The position numbers and the translations under genes are program-made. This document shows, piece after piece, positions 1-9,813 of a DNA stretch of 59,908 nucleotides (its first letter is position 1; every line of letters begins with the position of its first letter). The stretch covers positions 1 to 59,908 of IMG/VR virus record IMGVR_UViG_3300004805_000007; one strand, 5' to 3'. Source of the stretch: a virus. Its lineage: Duplodnaviria; Caudoviricetes. The notes beneath the pieces were generated by a model. That model was not told where the DNA came from. It did not search any database and saw nothing but the letters and a program-made list of their open reading frames with translations.

Positions 1-708
1 CCCCCACCCCCTGTCACGGTTGCTCCTCCAACTCCGGTAGCCCCCTCGCCTCCTTCGCCTGTAAATCCAATTACTATTCCTGATCTTGTTTCCCCAATGC
101 CTATCAAGCCCCCTGACGAGCGCCCTATCACGACTATGCCCGTAGCCGCCCAGCCTCTTGTCACGGTAGCTCCGCCCCCTACTTACACTACCCCTGATCT
201 TCTGCCTACTCCAGTAACTCCTCCTCCTACTACTGTAGCTCCTCCTCCTACTCCAGTAGCTCCTCCTCCTACTCCAGTAGCTCCTCCTCCTACTCCAGTA
301 GCTCCTCCAGCCCCCTTACCTATTCCGGGGGTCAGTGGTGAAGGAAAAAATAGTAGTGATGACATTCGAGCGGGCGGTGGAGACGAGGGCAACGGCTCGG
401 GGGCAGGAGTGCCAGTAAGCGAAATAACAGGGGGAACTCAACAAAGAGAAACTTTAAATCCAAATGCGCGGGATACAGTTGTTTCCACCGGATCTGTTGA
501 TCGCAATGGCAATGTGATTGGAGAAATTCCCGCAGTTGATCGTTTTGGCCGCACTATGTATGAAAAGTCTAATAGATTTTCAGATCACACGCTAAATGAT
601 CGAATGGAAATGATGGCGGACGGCGGTTTAGCTTCCACTAGCCATCTTTCCCCTGAAATACTACAAAAAGCAGGGATGCTAAGTAAAGGAATTAATCCTT
701 ACCAATGA
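1..708 (+). CDS. C-terminal part of a Pro-rich low-complexity protein (5'-truncated; probably continues the ORF at 59409-59908)
   Basis: Frame 1 is open from base 1 (PPPPVTVAPPTPVAP...) to TGA at 708; PVAPPPT repeats; MADGGL motif near the C-terminus. Confidence 0.7.
   Translation, partial: PPPPVTVAPPTPVAPSPPSPVNPITIPDLVSPMPIKPPDERPITTMPVAAQPLVTVAPPPTYTTPDLLPTPVTPPPTTVAPPPTPVAPPPTPVAPPPTPVAPPAPLPIPGVSGEGKNSSDDIRAGGGDEGNGSGAGVPVSEITGGTQQRETLNPNARDTVVSTGSVDRNGNVIGEIPAVDRFGRTMYEKSNRFSDHTLNDRMEMMADGGLASTSHLSPEILQKAGMLSKGINPYQ
211..309 (+). repeat. 21-bp tandem repeat, ~4.7 copies (CCAGTAGCTCCTCCTCCTACT = PVAPPPT)
   Basis: Units visible at 211, 232, 253, 274 and a partial unit at 295. Confidence 0.95.
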
Positions 709-1381
709 GGCGCTCAAACGCCTCTACCCTGCGCATCCACTTGTCTCCATAGGAATCAAACTCCCTGCCACAAGTCAGGAACTCTTGGGTTTGACCTTCT
801 TGTGAAACCATCATGATCACGCCCTGCCGGATCGACGTGCCGTGGACCTTGTTGTGCGCCATGGCATAAGCGGCCAACTGGATGAAGTAGTCCTCAATCC
901 ACTCGCGCTTCTTCATCTTGTTGGTCTGCTTAAAGTCAATGATTGACTCGTCAGACTTGTACACCCCAATGCAGTCAGAAGTGCCTGCATAGCGGCCCGG
1001 GTAATACAGCGGGATCTCCGCGCCCCATACCTCATTGACGTGCGGGAAGAACTCCTCAATCAGCTTGTAGCCCATCTGGTAGCCCTTGACTGCCTGCCAA
1101 GTCCTCGGGGCCGGTAGATCGCGGTTCAAGAGTAGGCGCTCAACTACGTTGTGCATATGGGTGCCAACAGTGGCTGCTTCATTCTTAATGCGCTCAGCCT
1201 GCTCCTCGCCAACCCGTGCTGCCCACTCCTTCAAGTGCGTCCTATCTTTGGTCTCCGACAAAATACTGGTTACGCTTGGCACACGCTCAGATTTGTCTAT
1301 TTCGTATACACGTCCGGATGACGTGTCTATTCTTTCGAGTTTTTTGTACACATAGCGCTTGCGGATGGGGATGAGTTGCAT
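692..1381 (-). CDS. PD-(D/E)xK exonuclease (phage exonuclease, MGME1/Cas4-like fold)
   Basis: PSVTSIL, GTHMH, E..L, YAGTSDC, IIDFKQ and QLAAYA motifs. Confidence 0.85.
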   Translation of the reverse strand: MQLIPIRKRYVYKKLERIDTSSGRVYEIDKSERVPSVTSILSETKDRTHLKEWAARVGEEQAERIKNEAATVGTHMHNVVERLLLNRDLPAPRTWQAVKGYQMGYKLIEEFFPHVNEVWGAEIPLYYPGRYAGTSDCIGVYKSDESIIDFKQTNKMKKREWIEDYFIQLAAYAMAHNKVHGTSIRQGVIMMVSQEGQTQEFLTCGREFDSYGDKWMRRVEAFERLIGKD

Positions 1382-2832
1382 TAGATGATCCAGCCTTTAA
1401 ATTTTTCACCCAGCACTGCGCTGGCGATGTTGATTTTGTTCCTGAGTGCCTTGACGATATACTCGTCCACGGTGTCCTTGGCAATCAGGTCGATGTATGT
1501 CACGTTCTTGGTTTGCCCGATACGGTGAGCGCGGTCCTCGGACTGTAAGCGCACCTCCAAATCAAAGCTGTTGCTGTAGTAGATCACCACATTGGCAGCA
1601 GTGAGCGTCAGCCCATAGCCGCCTGTGCGGGGGTTGCCGACAAAGAAGCGTAGCTCACTGCTTGGGTCTTGAAACTTGGTGACAATTTCCTGCCGATCCT
1701 CAGCCTCGGTGTCCCCAAAGTAGGTAGCCACAGAGGTCATGCCGTACTCTTTTTGCAAAGCCAGCTTGATGTTCTCGATGTCCTTTCGGTAGTTGGCCCA
1801 GATGATGACTTTGCCGCTGGTTTCCTCCAGCGCGGCCATCAGTTCAGTAATCCGGTTGCTGGGAATATCAAGTTGCCTGCCGTCATCTAATTTGATGTGG
1901 CCGCAAACAATTTGATGCAGGCGCATGAGTTGTGTCAACGCATTGTTGGTAGACATCAAATCACCGTCAATCACGGCCAGCGCCATGAGCTTCATTTGAT
2001 CGTAGTAAGTCTGTTGCTCCTTGGTCAATTCCACATCCCTGCGGGTGTAGATCTTGTCGGGCAGATCAAGGCACTCTTCCTTAGTCACACGGAAGGCAAA
2101 ATCGTTGAGCTTTTCCTGCAATTCATCCAGCCTGCGGTAGCCGACAATTTGTTTAAATGTATGGGTCGCCATCTTGCGTTCTACGAGGACCGCGTACCGC
2201 GCTTGGAAGGCGTAGTAGCTGCTTGCATTGAGGCAGTCAGGGCCAAGAAACTCGCACTGGGCGTACAGGTCCAGCGGGCTCTTGGTGACGGGGGAACCGG
2301 TGGCAATACGGCGATACCGCGCTTCCTTGCCGACATGCACAATGCTCTTGGTACGCTTGGCCGTGTGTGTCTTGATGGTGGTGCTTTCGTCAATAGCCAT
2401 GAAGCACTTGGTAACCCGCAAAAACAGCTTGGCAAAGGCAGAGCCTTTCTCCGTGCTGAACGCCTCCACGTTCATGATCAGGATGCGCATCGTGTCCACC
2501 GAATTCATCATGGCATCCATCTCTGCTTTCTCTGCCTTGCGCGGGGTGGGAGACCAACAGGCAATGGACCGAGGAACGTGGTCCGGGAGGTGCTTGGGTA
2601 GCTCACTCGTGTACCAGTTCCTGTACACCCCCTTGGGAGCCACCACCAGCATGGAGTCAATCTTGCCCTTGTCGTAGAGCAGGGCGGCATTGTTGATGAG
2701 CATGAAGCTCTTGCCCGTGCCCATGTCTGCGAACAGCGCGACTTCTTTCTCCTCCCAAAACCGCTCTAAATAGGCAGCTTGATGGAGGAAGGGTTTATAC
2801 CTATACGGGTAGGCAGATAAAAAATAATCCAT
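1381..2832 (-). CDS. SNF2-family (SF2) helicase
   Basis: DMGTGKS (motif I), IDES (II), TGSP (III), GGYGLTL (V), QSEDRAHRIGQ (VI); start moved to ATG 2832 (MDYFLS), which has an AGAAAG upstream. Confidence 0.92.
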   Translation of the reverse strand: MDYFLSAYPYRYKPFLHQAAYLERFWEEKEVALFADMGTGKSFMLINNAALLYDKGKIDSMLVVAPKGVYRNWYTSELPKHLPDHVPRSIACWSPTPRKAEKAEMDAMMNSVDTMRILIMNVEAFSTEKGSAFAKLFLRVTKCFMAIDESTTIKTHTAKRTKSIVHVGKEARYRRIATGSPVTKSPLDLYAQCEFLGPDCLNASSYYAFQARYAVLVERKMATHTFKQIVGYRRLDELQEKLNDFAFRVTKEECLDLPDKIYTRRDVELTKEQQTYYDQMKLMALAVIDGDLMSTNNALTQLMRLHQIVCGHIKLDDGRQLDIPSNRITELMAALEETSGKVIIWANYRKDIENIKLALQKEYGMTSVATYFGDTEAEDRQEIVTKFQDPSSELRFFVGNPRTGGYGLTLTAANVVIYYSNSFDLEVRLQSEDRAHRIGQTKNVTYIDLIAKDTVDEYIVKALRNKINIASAVLGEKFKGWII

Positions 2833-2851
2833 AACTTTCTCACTTTCTGTG

Positions 2852-2879
2852 TTGACAACCGGAAAAACTATTGTACACT
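2852..2879 (+). promoter_or_regulatory. sigma70-like promoter for the rightward replication operon
   Basis: TTGACA-N16-TACACT, followed by SD AGAAAGGA and GTG at 2911. Confidence 0.65.
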
Positions 2880-2910
2880 GATCGTACGTTTTAAGAAAGG
2901 ATAACGTAAC

Positions 2911-3255
2911 GTGACCATAAAAACTGACCCCCGTGTGTTTATTGTGCAAGAGATGCCAAATCACGATATTGCTTCGGCAATGTCTTTTGGCGACATGGTT
3001 GTTCTGCTGCCCTTCAATACGCAAATTGCATTCTCCACTGCCCCGGCAGTGCGGATGCTAAAGCGCAAGTTGAGGGGGTATAACAACAATGATTTTCTGC
3101 TCCTGACCGGAGACCCTGTAGCTATCGGTTTAGCCTGTTCGATAGCCGCAGCCTATAACTCAGGCCGATACACTGCGTTAAAGTGGGACCGCCGAGAAAA
3201 GATGTATATTCCCGTCCGTTTGGACATCACCGAGAAAGGAGAGCAAGATGACTGA
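2911..3255 (+). CDS. Conserved phage hypothetical protein (small alpha/beta, possibly CARF/SAVED-like)
   Basis: Good SD; overlaps the next gene; DFLLLTGDP...LKWDR...YIPV pattern. Confidence 0.7.
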   Translation: MTIKTDPRVFIVQEMPNHDIASAMSFGDMVVLLPFNTQIAFSTAPAVRMLKRKLRGYNNNDFLLLTGDPVAIGLACSIAAAYNSGRYTALKWDRREKMYIPVRLDITEKGEQDD

Positions 3256-3805
3256 TATGAATTCGCTGTTCGAAGAGGACGCAGGCGCTTTGGTTGTAAA
3301 GAACGAAGACCTATCCTCTGTTGGAGCTTTGGCCAAGCGGGCCAAAGAGTTGGAGAAAGAGATTGAGGACATGAACTTAGTGCTTAAAGAGCGCCAAGAT
3401 CAGTACCGCAAACTGTTGGAAGAAACCATCCCCGCCATGCTGTCTGAGTTGGGCATGAAATCATTCAAGATGGCCGATGGCAGCATGATCGATGTGAAGC
3501 CTTTTTACAGCGCAAGCATAAGGGAAGAGAACCGTGCGAAGGCCTATGAGTGGCTGCGCGATAACGGTTTTGATGACATCATCAAAAACACCGTGTCCGT
3601 ACGTTTTGGTCGTGGAGAAGACGGCCTGTGCGACACATTACTGAATCAACTGCGTGAGCAAAACTATCCAGTCGAGCAAGCGCAGAAGATCGAACCCATG
3701 ACCTTGAAAGCTTGGGTTCGTGAGCAAGTGGAACGTGGAAGCGAGTTCCCTACAGAGCTTTTTGGCGTGTACATCGGCCAAAAGGCAACCATCAAATCAG
3801 CATGA
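3248..3805 (+). CDS. Hypothetical replication-module protein (coiled-coil N-terminus)
   Basis: 185-aa ORF with SD AAGGAG, lying between replication genes. Confidence 0.75.
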   Translation: MTDMNSLFEEDAGALVVKNEDLSSVGALAKRAKELEKEIEDMNLVLKERQDQYRKLLEETIPAMLSELGMKSFKMADGSMIDVKPFYSASIREENRAKAYEWLRDNGFDDIIKNTVSVRFGRGEDGLCDTLLNQLREQNYPVEQAQKIEPMTLKAWVREQVERGSEFPTELFGVYIGQKATIKSA

Positions 3806-3821
3806 AAAAGGAAATTGAATC

Positions 3822-4592
3822 ATGGCTAAAAATGAAGTAGCAGCAAAAGCGGACAACGCAATCGTATTGTCCAGTGACTTTGAACAGGACGCATCGGGTG
3901 GCTTTGAGTCGATGAATCAGGATGACTTTGCGCTTCCGTTTCTCCGACTCTTGACCAACACCTCTCCCGAGGTAGGTGAAGTAGATGGTGCAATGCCCGG
4001 TATGGTCTACAACACCGTCACTGGCGCGTTGTATGACGGCAAGAAAGGCTTGATTGTCGTGCCTTGCCAGTATGTACGTCAGTACATCGAGTGGGCTCCT
4101 CGCGGAGTGGGTTCAGGCGCTCCTATCGCCATCTACCCGGCCACGTCTGATGTATTGAGCCGCACGCACCGCGAACCGGGGGACAACAAGGACTACCTTG
4201 ACAACGGAAACTACATTGAAAACACGGCCAACCACTACGTGATGGTCATGAGCGATGATGGCATTCCTGAGCCTGCCTTGATCACCATGAAGTCCACGCA
4301 ACTGAAGAAGTCGCGTAAATGGAATTCCATGATGATGTCCACCAAGCTTATGGGCAAGAACGGGCCGTACACACCTCCGATGTACTCGCACCTGTATCGT
4401 CTAACGACACAGGCTGAGTCCAACGACAAGGGTAAATGGTATGGCTGGGAAGTTGAGCGTATTGGGCCGATTGAAGACATGAACGTCTATCAAGCTGCCA
4501 AGGCATTTGCGCAATCGGTTAATGCCGGTGACGTGAAAGTCAAGCACGCTGATGAGGATGTCGCCTCATCAGGCGCAACAGTACCGTTCTGA
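3822..4592 (+). CDS. Putative single-stranded DNA-binding/annealing protein
   Basis: Replication context; C-terminus ends in an acidic stretch and PF; NDKGKWYGW motif. Confidence 0.6.
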   Translation: MAKNEVAAKADNAIVLSSDFEQDASGGFESMNQDDFALPFLRLLTNTSPEVGEVDGAMPGMVYNTVTGALYDGKKGLIVVPCQYVRQYIEWAPRGVGSGAPIAIYPATSDVLSRTHREPGDNKDYLDNGNYIENTANHYVMVMSDDGIPEPALITMKSTQLKKSRKWNSMMMSTKLMGKNGPYTPPMYSHLYRLTTQAESNDKGKWYGWEVERIGPIEDMNVYQAAKAFAQSVNAGDVKVKHADEDVASSGATVPF

Positions 4593-4597
4593 TTTTC

Positions 4598-4655
4598 GGG
4601 GGGAAAGCGGATGCCGGTACATCGGCTCTAAGCCATCGGTGCAGCGAGTACCCCC
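4598..4655 (+). ncRNA. Intergenic structured hairpin with a loop-E (GAA/AGUA)-like motif
   Basis: GGGGG/CCCCC closing stem, GAA opposite AGTA, GC-GGA-TGC/GCA-GC helix, apical GGCT-CTA-AGCC hairpin. Confidence 0.5.
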
Positions 4656-4673
4656 ACCTTATAGAGATGCCTG

Positions 4674-6209
4674 ATGCAAGAACAACTTGAAAAATTTAGG
4701 GCGATATTCAGCGGGCTGGATATTGCCTATGGGACATACGTAATCAAATCGGAGCGCGGTGATGGAAAACAAGCGGGTAAGGCCACAGTGGTTCGCAAGC
4801 CACCCATTGAAGAACTTTGGATTAAACATCTTGACGGTGTTGAGCCTAGTCTTGGTATCATCCCTATTCGCTCTGATAATAGCTGCATATGGGGCTGTAT
4901 TGATATTGATCAGTATCCCATTGATCACAAGGGCCTTGTACAAAGAATTGAAGCGCTAGGCCTACCTTTGGTAGTGTGCCGGAGTAAGTCTGGCGGAGCG
5001 CACGTTTTCCTTTTTGTACGGGAACCGATACCTGCTGCCGACATGCAGCATTACCTGAACAATGCGGCTGCATTGCTGGGTGAGGCTGGCCGGGAAATAT
5101 TTCCTAAGCAAGCTGAGATTTTGGTTGAACGTGGTGACACGGGTAACTTTCTAAATCTGCCTTATTTTGCAGGTGATAACGGCACACGTTATGCTTTTAA
5201 TCTTGATGGCTCTGCTGCCACGCTAGATCAATTCTTTGCCCTGTACGAAGCCAATGCGCAGGCAGTGCCACTGAGCTACCCTGAGCCACCCAAGCAGGCC
5301 GAAAGCCCCATCAAGGACGGCCCACCATGCCTGCAAGCGCTGTGTGCGCAGGGATTCCCTGAGGGCACAAGAAACAACGGTCTGTTCAACATAGGGGTGT
5401 TCCTCAAAAAGGCATCGCCCACCACATGGGAGGACAAGCTGATGGAATACAACCACAAGTATGTCTCTCCACCGCTACCCAACAACGAAGCTCAGGTCAT
5501 CCTGAAGCAGTTGAACAAGAAAGAATACCTGTACAAGTGCAAGGATAGCCCGCTTAATTCCTTTTGTAATTCCGGCCTGTGCAGAAGCCGCAAGTTTGGG
5601 ATTGGCTCGTCCGGCCCCGATGCACCAAAGATCAGTTCCCTGTCTAAATACGCCAGTGAGCCGCCGCTGTGGTTCTTAGATATCAATGGCCGTAGGGTGG
5701 AGTTGGAGACCGACAACTTGTTCAACCAAATGGCGTTTCAAAAGGCATGCTTAGAGCGCCTGAACATTGTGCCGCCTACCTTGCGCAAGCAGGATTGGGA
5801 GACCATGCTCAATTCCCTGCTCAAAGAGATGGTGGAGACAGAACAGATCGTCGAGGCCAGCGAAGACACCAGCGTAACTGGTCAGTTCATGGACCTTTTA
5901 GAAGAATTCACAACGCACATGCAGCAAGCGTTGGATCGTGATGAATTACTCATGGGCCGTCCATGGACAGACGATACTGAAGCCAAGACCTATTTCAGGA
6001 TGAAAGACCTGATGGCGCATTTAAAGCGCAACAACTTCATGGGCCTTACCGCTCCCAAGATTGCACAGCGCATCCGTGATCTTGGCGGGGAGCCTATCTC
6101 ATTGTTCCTAAAATCGCGGGCTACCCGATGCTGGAGAATCCCATGCTTTACTAAGCAAGATGCTCCGTTTGAGACAAACACCATTCGTAAAGAAGGGAGT
6201 CCATTTTGA
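4674..6209 (+). CDS. Archaeo-eukaryotic-type primase with PriCT-like domain
   Basis: CIDID (DxD), SKSGGAH, GNFLNLPY; PPC...EGTRNNGLF..G (PriCT-like) followed by a Cys cluster. Confidence 0.8.
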   Translation: MQEQLEKFRAIFSGLDIAYGTYVIKSERGDGKQAGKATVVRKPPIEELWIKHLDGVEPSLGIIPIRSDNSCIWGCIDIDQYPIDHKGLVQRIEALGLPLVVCRSKSGGAHVFLFVREPIPAADMQHYLNNAAALLGEAGREIFPKQAEILVERGDTGNFLNLPYFAGDNGTRYAFNLDGSAATLDQFFALYEANAQAVPLSYPEPPKQAESPIKDGPPCLQALCAQGFPEGTRNNGLFNIGVFLKKASPTTWEDKLMEYNHKYVSPPLPNNEAQVILKQLNKKEYLYKCKDSPLNSFCNSGLCRSRKFGIGSSGPDAPKISSLSKYASEPPLWFLDINGRRVELETDNLFNQMAFQKACLERLNIVPPTLRKQDWETMLNSLLKEMVETEQIVEASEDTSVTGQFMDLLEEFTTHMQQALDRDELLMGRPWTDDTEAKTYFRMKDLMAHLKRNNFMGLTAPKIAQRIRDLGGEPISLFLKSRATRCWRIPCFTKQDAPFETNTIRKEGSPF

Positions 6210-6454
6210 AACAGTTAGATGGCTACGGGCCCGCCATCATCGGCCCAGCATTTATTTGGAATGGCAACGAACGTGTACAGGTCCTTGTCTACAACGCCGA
6301 GGCCATCCGATGGATATTGCAACGGCGCGATGGCATGGCTGCTGACGAAGCGCGGGAGTTTATTGAATCCAATATTGAGAACTCCTATGTAGGGCCAGAT
6401 ACCCCCATCCTTGCTTGGCCAGATGATTATTTTTGCTTGACCCCAAATGCCTGA
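6206..6454 (+). CDS. Hypothetical phage protein
   Basis: Overlaps both neighbours; DGY..AIIG and EAREFIE.NI..SYVG..TP pattern. Confidence 0.65.
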   Translation: MKQLDGYGPAIIGPAFIWNGNERVQVLVYNAEAIRWILQRRDGMAADEAREFIESNIENSYVGPDTPILAWPDDYFCLTPNA

Positions 6455-7949
6455 TATCAGAAAGATATTTGGGCCCCCCGGCACAGGCAAAACGACATAC
6501 CTACTCAACGTAGTGGATGCCGAGCTTGTGGCCGGTACATCACCGCTTAGTATTGGCTACTTTTCTTTCACCAGAAAGGCTGCCAACGAAGCGCGGGACA
6601 GGGCAATTGAAAAATTCCCGGCGCTCAATGCCCGTACGGATTTCCCATACTTCCGTACGCTTCACAGCCTTGCATTTCGCTGCCTTGGTACGAAGACCGA
6701 TGACATCATGCAGCCTGCGCACTTCAAAGAGTTTGCGGCAGAAGCTGGGATCGACATTGACTTGACCAAAGATGAAGAGATGGGCTTTGTCAAGGCGGAT
6801 AACCCTATCCTGAACGAAGTCAACCTTGCGCGGATTAAGGGCCAAGATTTACGCACCCACTACAACCAGTCCGGTATGGACATTGAATGGCATCACTTTG
6901 AGTTTGTGGAGCGCACCTACCGGCACTACAAGCATGCACACAACCTACTGGACTTCACAGACCTCTTAGAAATGGTCGTAGCTGAGCCTTCCAGATTGCC
7001 CTCGCTGGAAGTTTTAATTGTAGATGAAGCGCAAGATCTATCGCGCATTCAATGGCAACTGGTCGAGGCCCTCGCCTCACGGGCCAAGCGCACTTTCTTA
7101 GCAGGAGATGATGACCAAGCTGTGTTCACATGGGCGGGTGCTGATGTCAAGAGTTTCTTGTCATTTGAAGGCTCCGTGACCATCCTTGATCAGTCCTACC
7201 GTGTACCTATGCGCATCCATACGCTGGCCGATGCTATCGTGCACCGGATCAGGGAGCGACAGCAAAAGACTTGGAAGTCTCGTGACAGCGAGGGCAGCGT
7301 TCTAAGCTACTACCGTTTTGAAGATGTGGATGTGAGCCAAGGCCAGTGGTTGATCATGGCCAGCACCAACTACATGCTCAATCCCGTGCATGAGTGGCTT
7401 AAGGGAATGGGCATCCTGTTTGAGCGCAACGGCATCCCTAGCCTATCCCAGCCAGCGGCCAACGCCGTCATCAACTGGGAGCGATTACGCCGTGGTGGCG
7501 AAGTGCTGGGGGATCAGGTCGCATCTATTTACCGGTATCTCGATGCGAGTGCCGTGGCCCGAGGCCACAAGACCTTTCGCAGCGGGGATAGCTCTGCGCT
7601 ATACAACATGCAAACACTGAAAGACAATTTTGGCCTGCTGACTGATGTTATTTGGCATGAAGCGCTGACCAAGATTGCTGACGATACAAAGGAGTACATG
7701 ATTGCCCTGCTGCGCCGTGGGGTGAAACTGAATCAAGCGCCGAGGATCAGGTTATCCACCATTCATGGAGCCAAAGGCGGCGAGGCGGACCACGTCCTGC
7801 TGCTCATGGACCTGTCCCCAAAGTTTGCCAAAGAATATGCCCGCAACCCTGACAACGTACACCGGTTGTTCTACGTGGGCATCACCCGGGCAAAACAAAC
7901 CCTGCACTTGGTGCTGCCTAAACACATTGAAAAAGGATTCAAGATATGA
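6447..7949 (+). CDS. UvrD/Rep-like SF1 helicase
   Basis: GPPGTGKT, SFTRKAA, VDEAQD, GDDDQA, QSYR, STIHGAKGGE and YVGITRAK motifs. Confidence 0.93.
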   Translation: MPDIRKIFGPPGTGKTTYLLNVVDAELVAGTSPLSIGYFSFTRKAANEARDRAIEKFPALNARTDFPYFRTLHSLAFRCLGTKTDDIMQPAHFKEFAAEAGIDIDLTKDEEMGFVKADNPILNEVNLARIKGQDLRTHYNQSGMDIEWHHFEFVERTYRHYKHAHNLLDFTDLLEMVVAEPSRLPSLEVLIVDEAQDLSRIQWQLVEALASRAKRTFLAGDDDQAVFTWAGADVKSFLSFEGSVTILDQSYRVPMRIHTLADAIVHRIRERQQKTWKSRDSEGSVLSYYRFEDVDVSQGQWLIMASTNYMLNPVHEWLKGMGILFERNGIPSLSQPAANAVINWERLRRGGEVLGDQVASIYRYLDASAVARGHKTFRSGDSSALYNMQTLKDNFGLLTDVIWHEALTKIADDTKEYMIALLRRGVKLNQAPRIRLSTIHGAKGGEADHVLLLMDLSPKFAKEYARNPDNVHRLFYVGITRAKQTLHLVLPKHIEKGFKI

Positions 7950-9811
7950 AGACCATGCCATTATTTCCCACCCCTTGCGAGTGGGTTGCCCCAGACACAT
8001 TTCCCAACTTATCCACCGCCAAGGAGATTGCAATTGACCTCGAAACCTGTGACCCAAATATGGAATCTTTTGGACCGGGCTGGCCCAGAAACGATGGTTT
8101 TATTGTTGGTTACGCTGTTGCTGTGGACGGATGGTCCGGCTATTACCCTATTGCCCATCAAGGCGGTGGTAACCTTGACAAATCCCGAGTTGATCGCTGG
8201 ATACAAGAAATCCTCTCCACCTCCGCAACAAAGGTCATGCATAACGCAGCCTATGACACAGGGTGGCTTTACGCCAGCGGATTTACCATCAATGGCCGTA
8301 TCGTGGACACGATGCTTGCAGCGCCACTCATTGACGAAAATCGCTTCAGTTTCTCCCTCAACTCCCTTGGCTACGACTACCTACAAGAGACCAAGTCGGA
8401 AACCGGATTGAAGATGGCCGCAGCCGACTTTGGTGTGCATCCAAAGAAGGAGCTGTGGAAGCTGCCCGCCATGTATGTGGGCGACTACGCCGAGCAAGAT
8501 GCTGCCTTAACTTTAAAACTTTGGCAAGCACTAAAGATAAAGATGAGACAAGAAGAAGTCGAATCTATTTTTGACTTAGAAACTGCTGTGTTCCCTGTGC
8601 TGCTGGATATGACTCGTCGTGGCATCCGCTTTGACAGACATAACTGTGAGATGCTGATGGATAAGCTCAAAAAGCGGGAGAAGGAGCTTTATACGCACAT
8701 GCGCAACCTTGTGGGTAACTCTGTGGATATCTGGACTCCACAAAGCATTGCCTCCGCCTTTGACAAGCTGGGGCTCCCCTACGCCAAGACCGAGGCCGGT
8801 GCGCCGAGCTTTACCAAGAGCTTCTTGGAGTCATGCAGTCACCCTGTTGCCAAGATGATTGTGGAAGCCCGTGAGACCAACAAGACCCATAGCACGTTCC
8901 TACAGCCCTACCTTGAGTTCAGCGCCAAGACAGGCCGCATCCACCCGCACGTCAATCAGATGCGCAGTGATGATGGGGGCACGGTTACAGGACGGCTGTC
9001 CATGGCCAACCCCAACCTCCAGCAAGTACCCGCCCGCCACGAAATCATTGGCCCTATGGTGCGTAACTTGTTCCTGCCGGAAGAGGGGGAGCTTTGGGCA
9101 TCGAATGACTTTAGTTCTCAAGAACCTAGACTGCTGGTCCACTATGCAAGCCTCTTGGATTTGCCCGGGGCCGATGTAATGGTAAACGCCTATAGGGAAA
9201 ACCCTAACACTGACTTTCACCAGATGGTGGCCGACATGGCGGGAATTGGCCGCAAGTCTGCCAAGACAATTGGCTTAGGGTTGATGTACGGTATGGGCAA
9301 GGGCAAGCTGGCCAACCAGTTGGACTTGCACATCAGCGAGGCTGATGAATTGATCACCAAGTTTCACCACAATGTGCCGTTCCTTAAGGGCACGGTCAAT
9401 GCGGTCATGAAGCGCATAGATAGCCCCACGTCCAACGGGAGCATCCGCACGCTGCTGGGCCGCAAGTGTAGGTTCCCTTTGTGGGAACCAATGGAATGGG
9501 GTGTGAACAAGGCGCTGCCGCGAGAGCAGGCAGTCATGGAATACGGGCAACGGATCAAGCGCAGCGGGACTTACAAGGGTCTCAACAGGTTGATACAGGG
9601 GTCGGCTGCGGATCAGGTCAAGTCCGCCATGGTGGCGCTGCACAAAGCGGGGATCAGGAGCATGCTGCAAGTGCATGATGAGCTTGCATTGTCCGTTAAG
9701 AGCAGGGAAGAGGCGCAGGCCGCTGCGCAGATCATGATGGAAGCAGTGAAGCTGGAAGTCCCAAGCCGGTGCGATGTGGAAGTCGGTCCGACTTGGGGAT
9801 CAGCAAAGTAG
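7946..9811 (+). CDS. polA: DNA polymerase family A with 3'-5' exonuclease domain
   Basis: Exo I DLET, Exo II HNAAYD, Exo III YAEQDA; TGRLS..NPNLQQ, motif A DFSSQEPR, motif B K...LGLMYG, motif C VHDEL. Confidence 0.95.
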   Translation: MKTMPLFPTPCEWVAPDTFPNLSTAKEIAIDLETCDPNMESFGPGWPRNDGFIVGYAVAVDGWSGYYPIAHQGGGNLDKSRVDRWIQEILSTSATKVMHNAAYDTGWLYASGFTINGRIVDTMLAAPLIDENRFSFSLNSLGYDYLQETKSETGLKMAAADFGVHPKKELWKLPAMYVGDYAEQDAALTLKLWQALKIKMRQEEVESIFDLETAVFPVLLDMTRRGIRFDRHNCEMLMDKLKKREKELYTHMRNLVGNSVDIWTPQSIASAFDKLGLPYAKTEAGAPSFTKSFLESCSHPVAKMIVEARETNKTHSTFLQPYLEFSAKTGRIHPHVNQMRSDDGGTVTGRLSMANPNLQQVPARHEIIGPMVRNLFLPEEGELWASNDFSSQEPRLLVHYASLLDLPGADVMVNAYRENPNTDFHQMVADMAGIGRKSAKTIGLGLMYGMGKGKLANQLDLHISEADELITKFHHNVPFLKGTVNAVMKRIDSPTSNGSIRTLLGRKCRFPLWEPMEWGVNKALPREQAVMEYGQRIKRSGTYKGLNRLIQGSAADQVKSAMVALHKAGIRSMLQVHDELALSVKSREEAQAAAQIMMEAVKLEVPSRCDVEVGPTWGSAK

Positions 9812-9813
9812 GT

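Noticed and set aside
211-309. Tandem 21-bp repeats as a CRISPR array
   Set aside because: No spacers; it is an in-frame coding repeat (PVAPPPT), and there is no cas operon
692-1381. Cas4 / CRISPR adaptation gene
   Set aside because: Lacks the four-Cys Fe-S pattern and sits in a replication module with no array or cas1
2833-3024. N-terminal extension of the SNF2 ORF in the track
   Set aside because: Overlaps the divergent promoter and the gene at 2911; ATG 2832 is the better start
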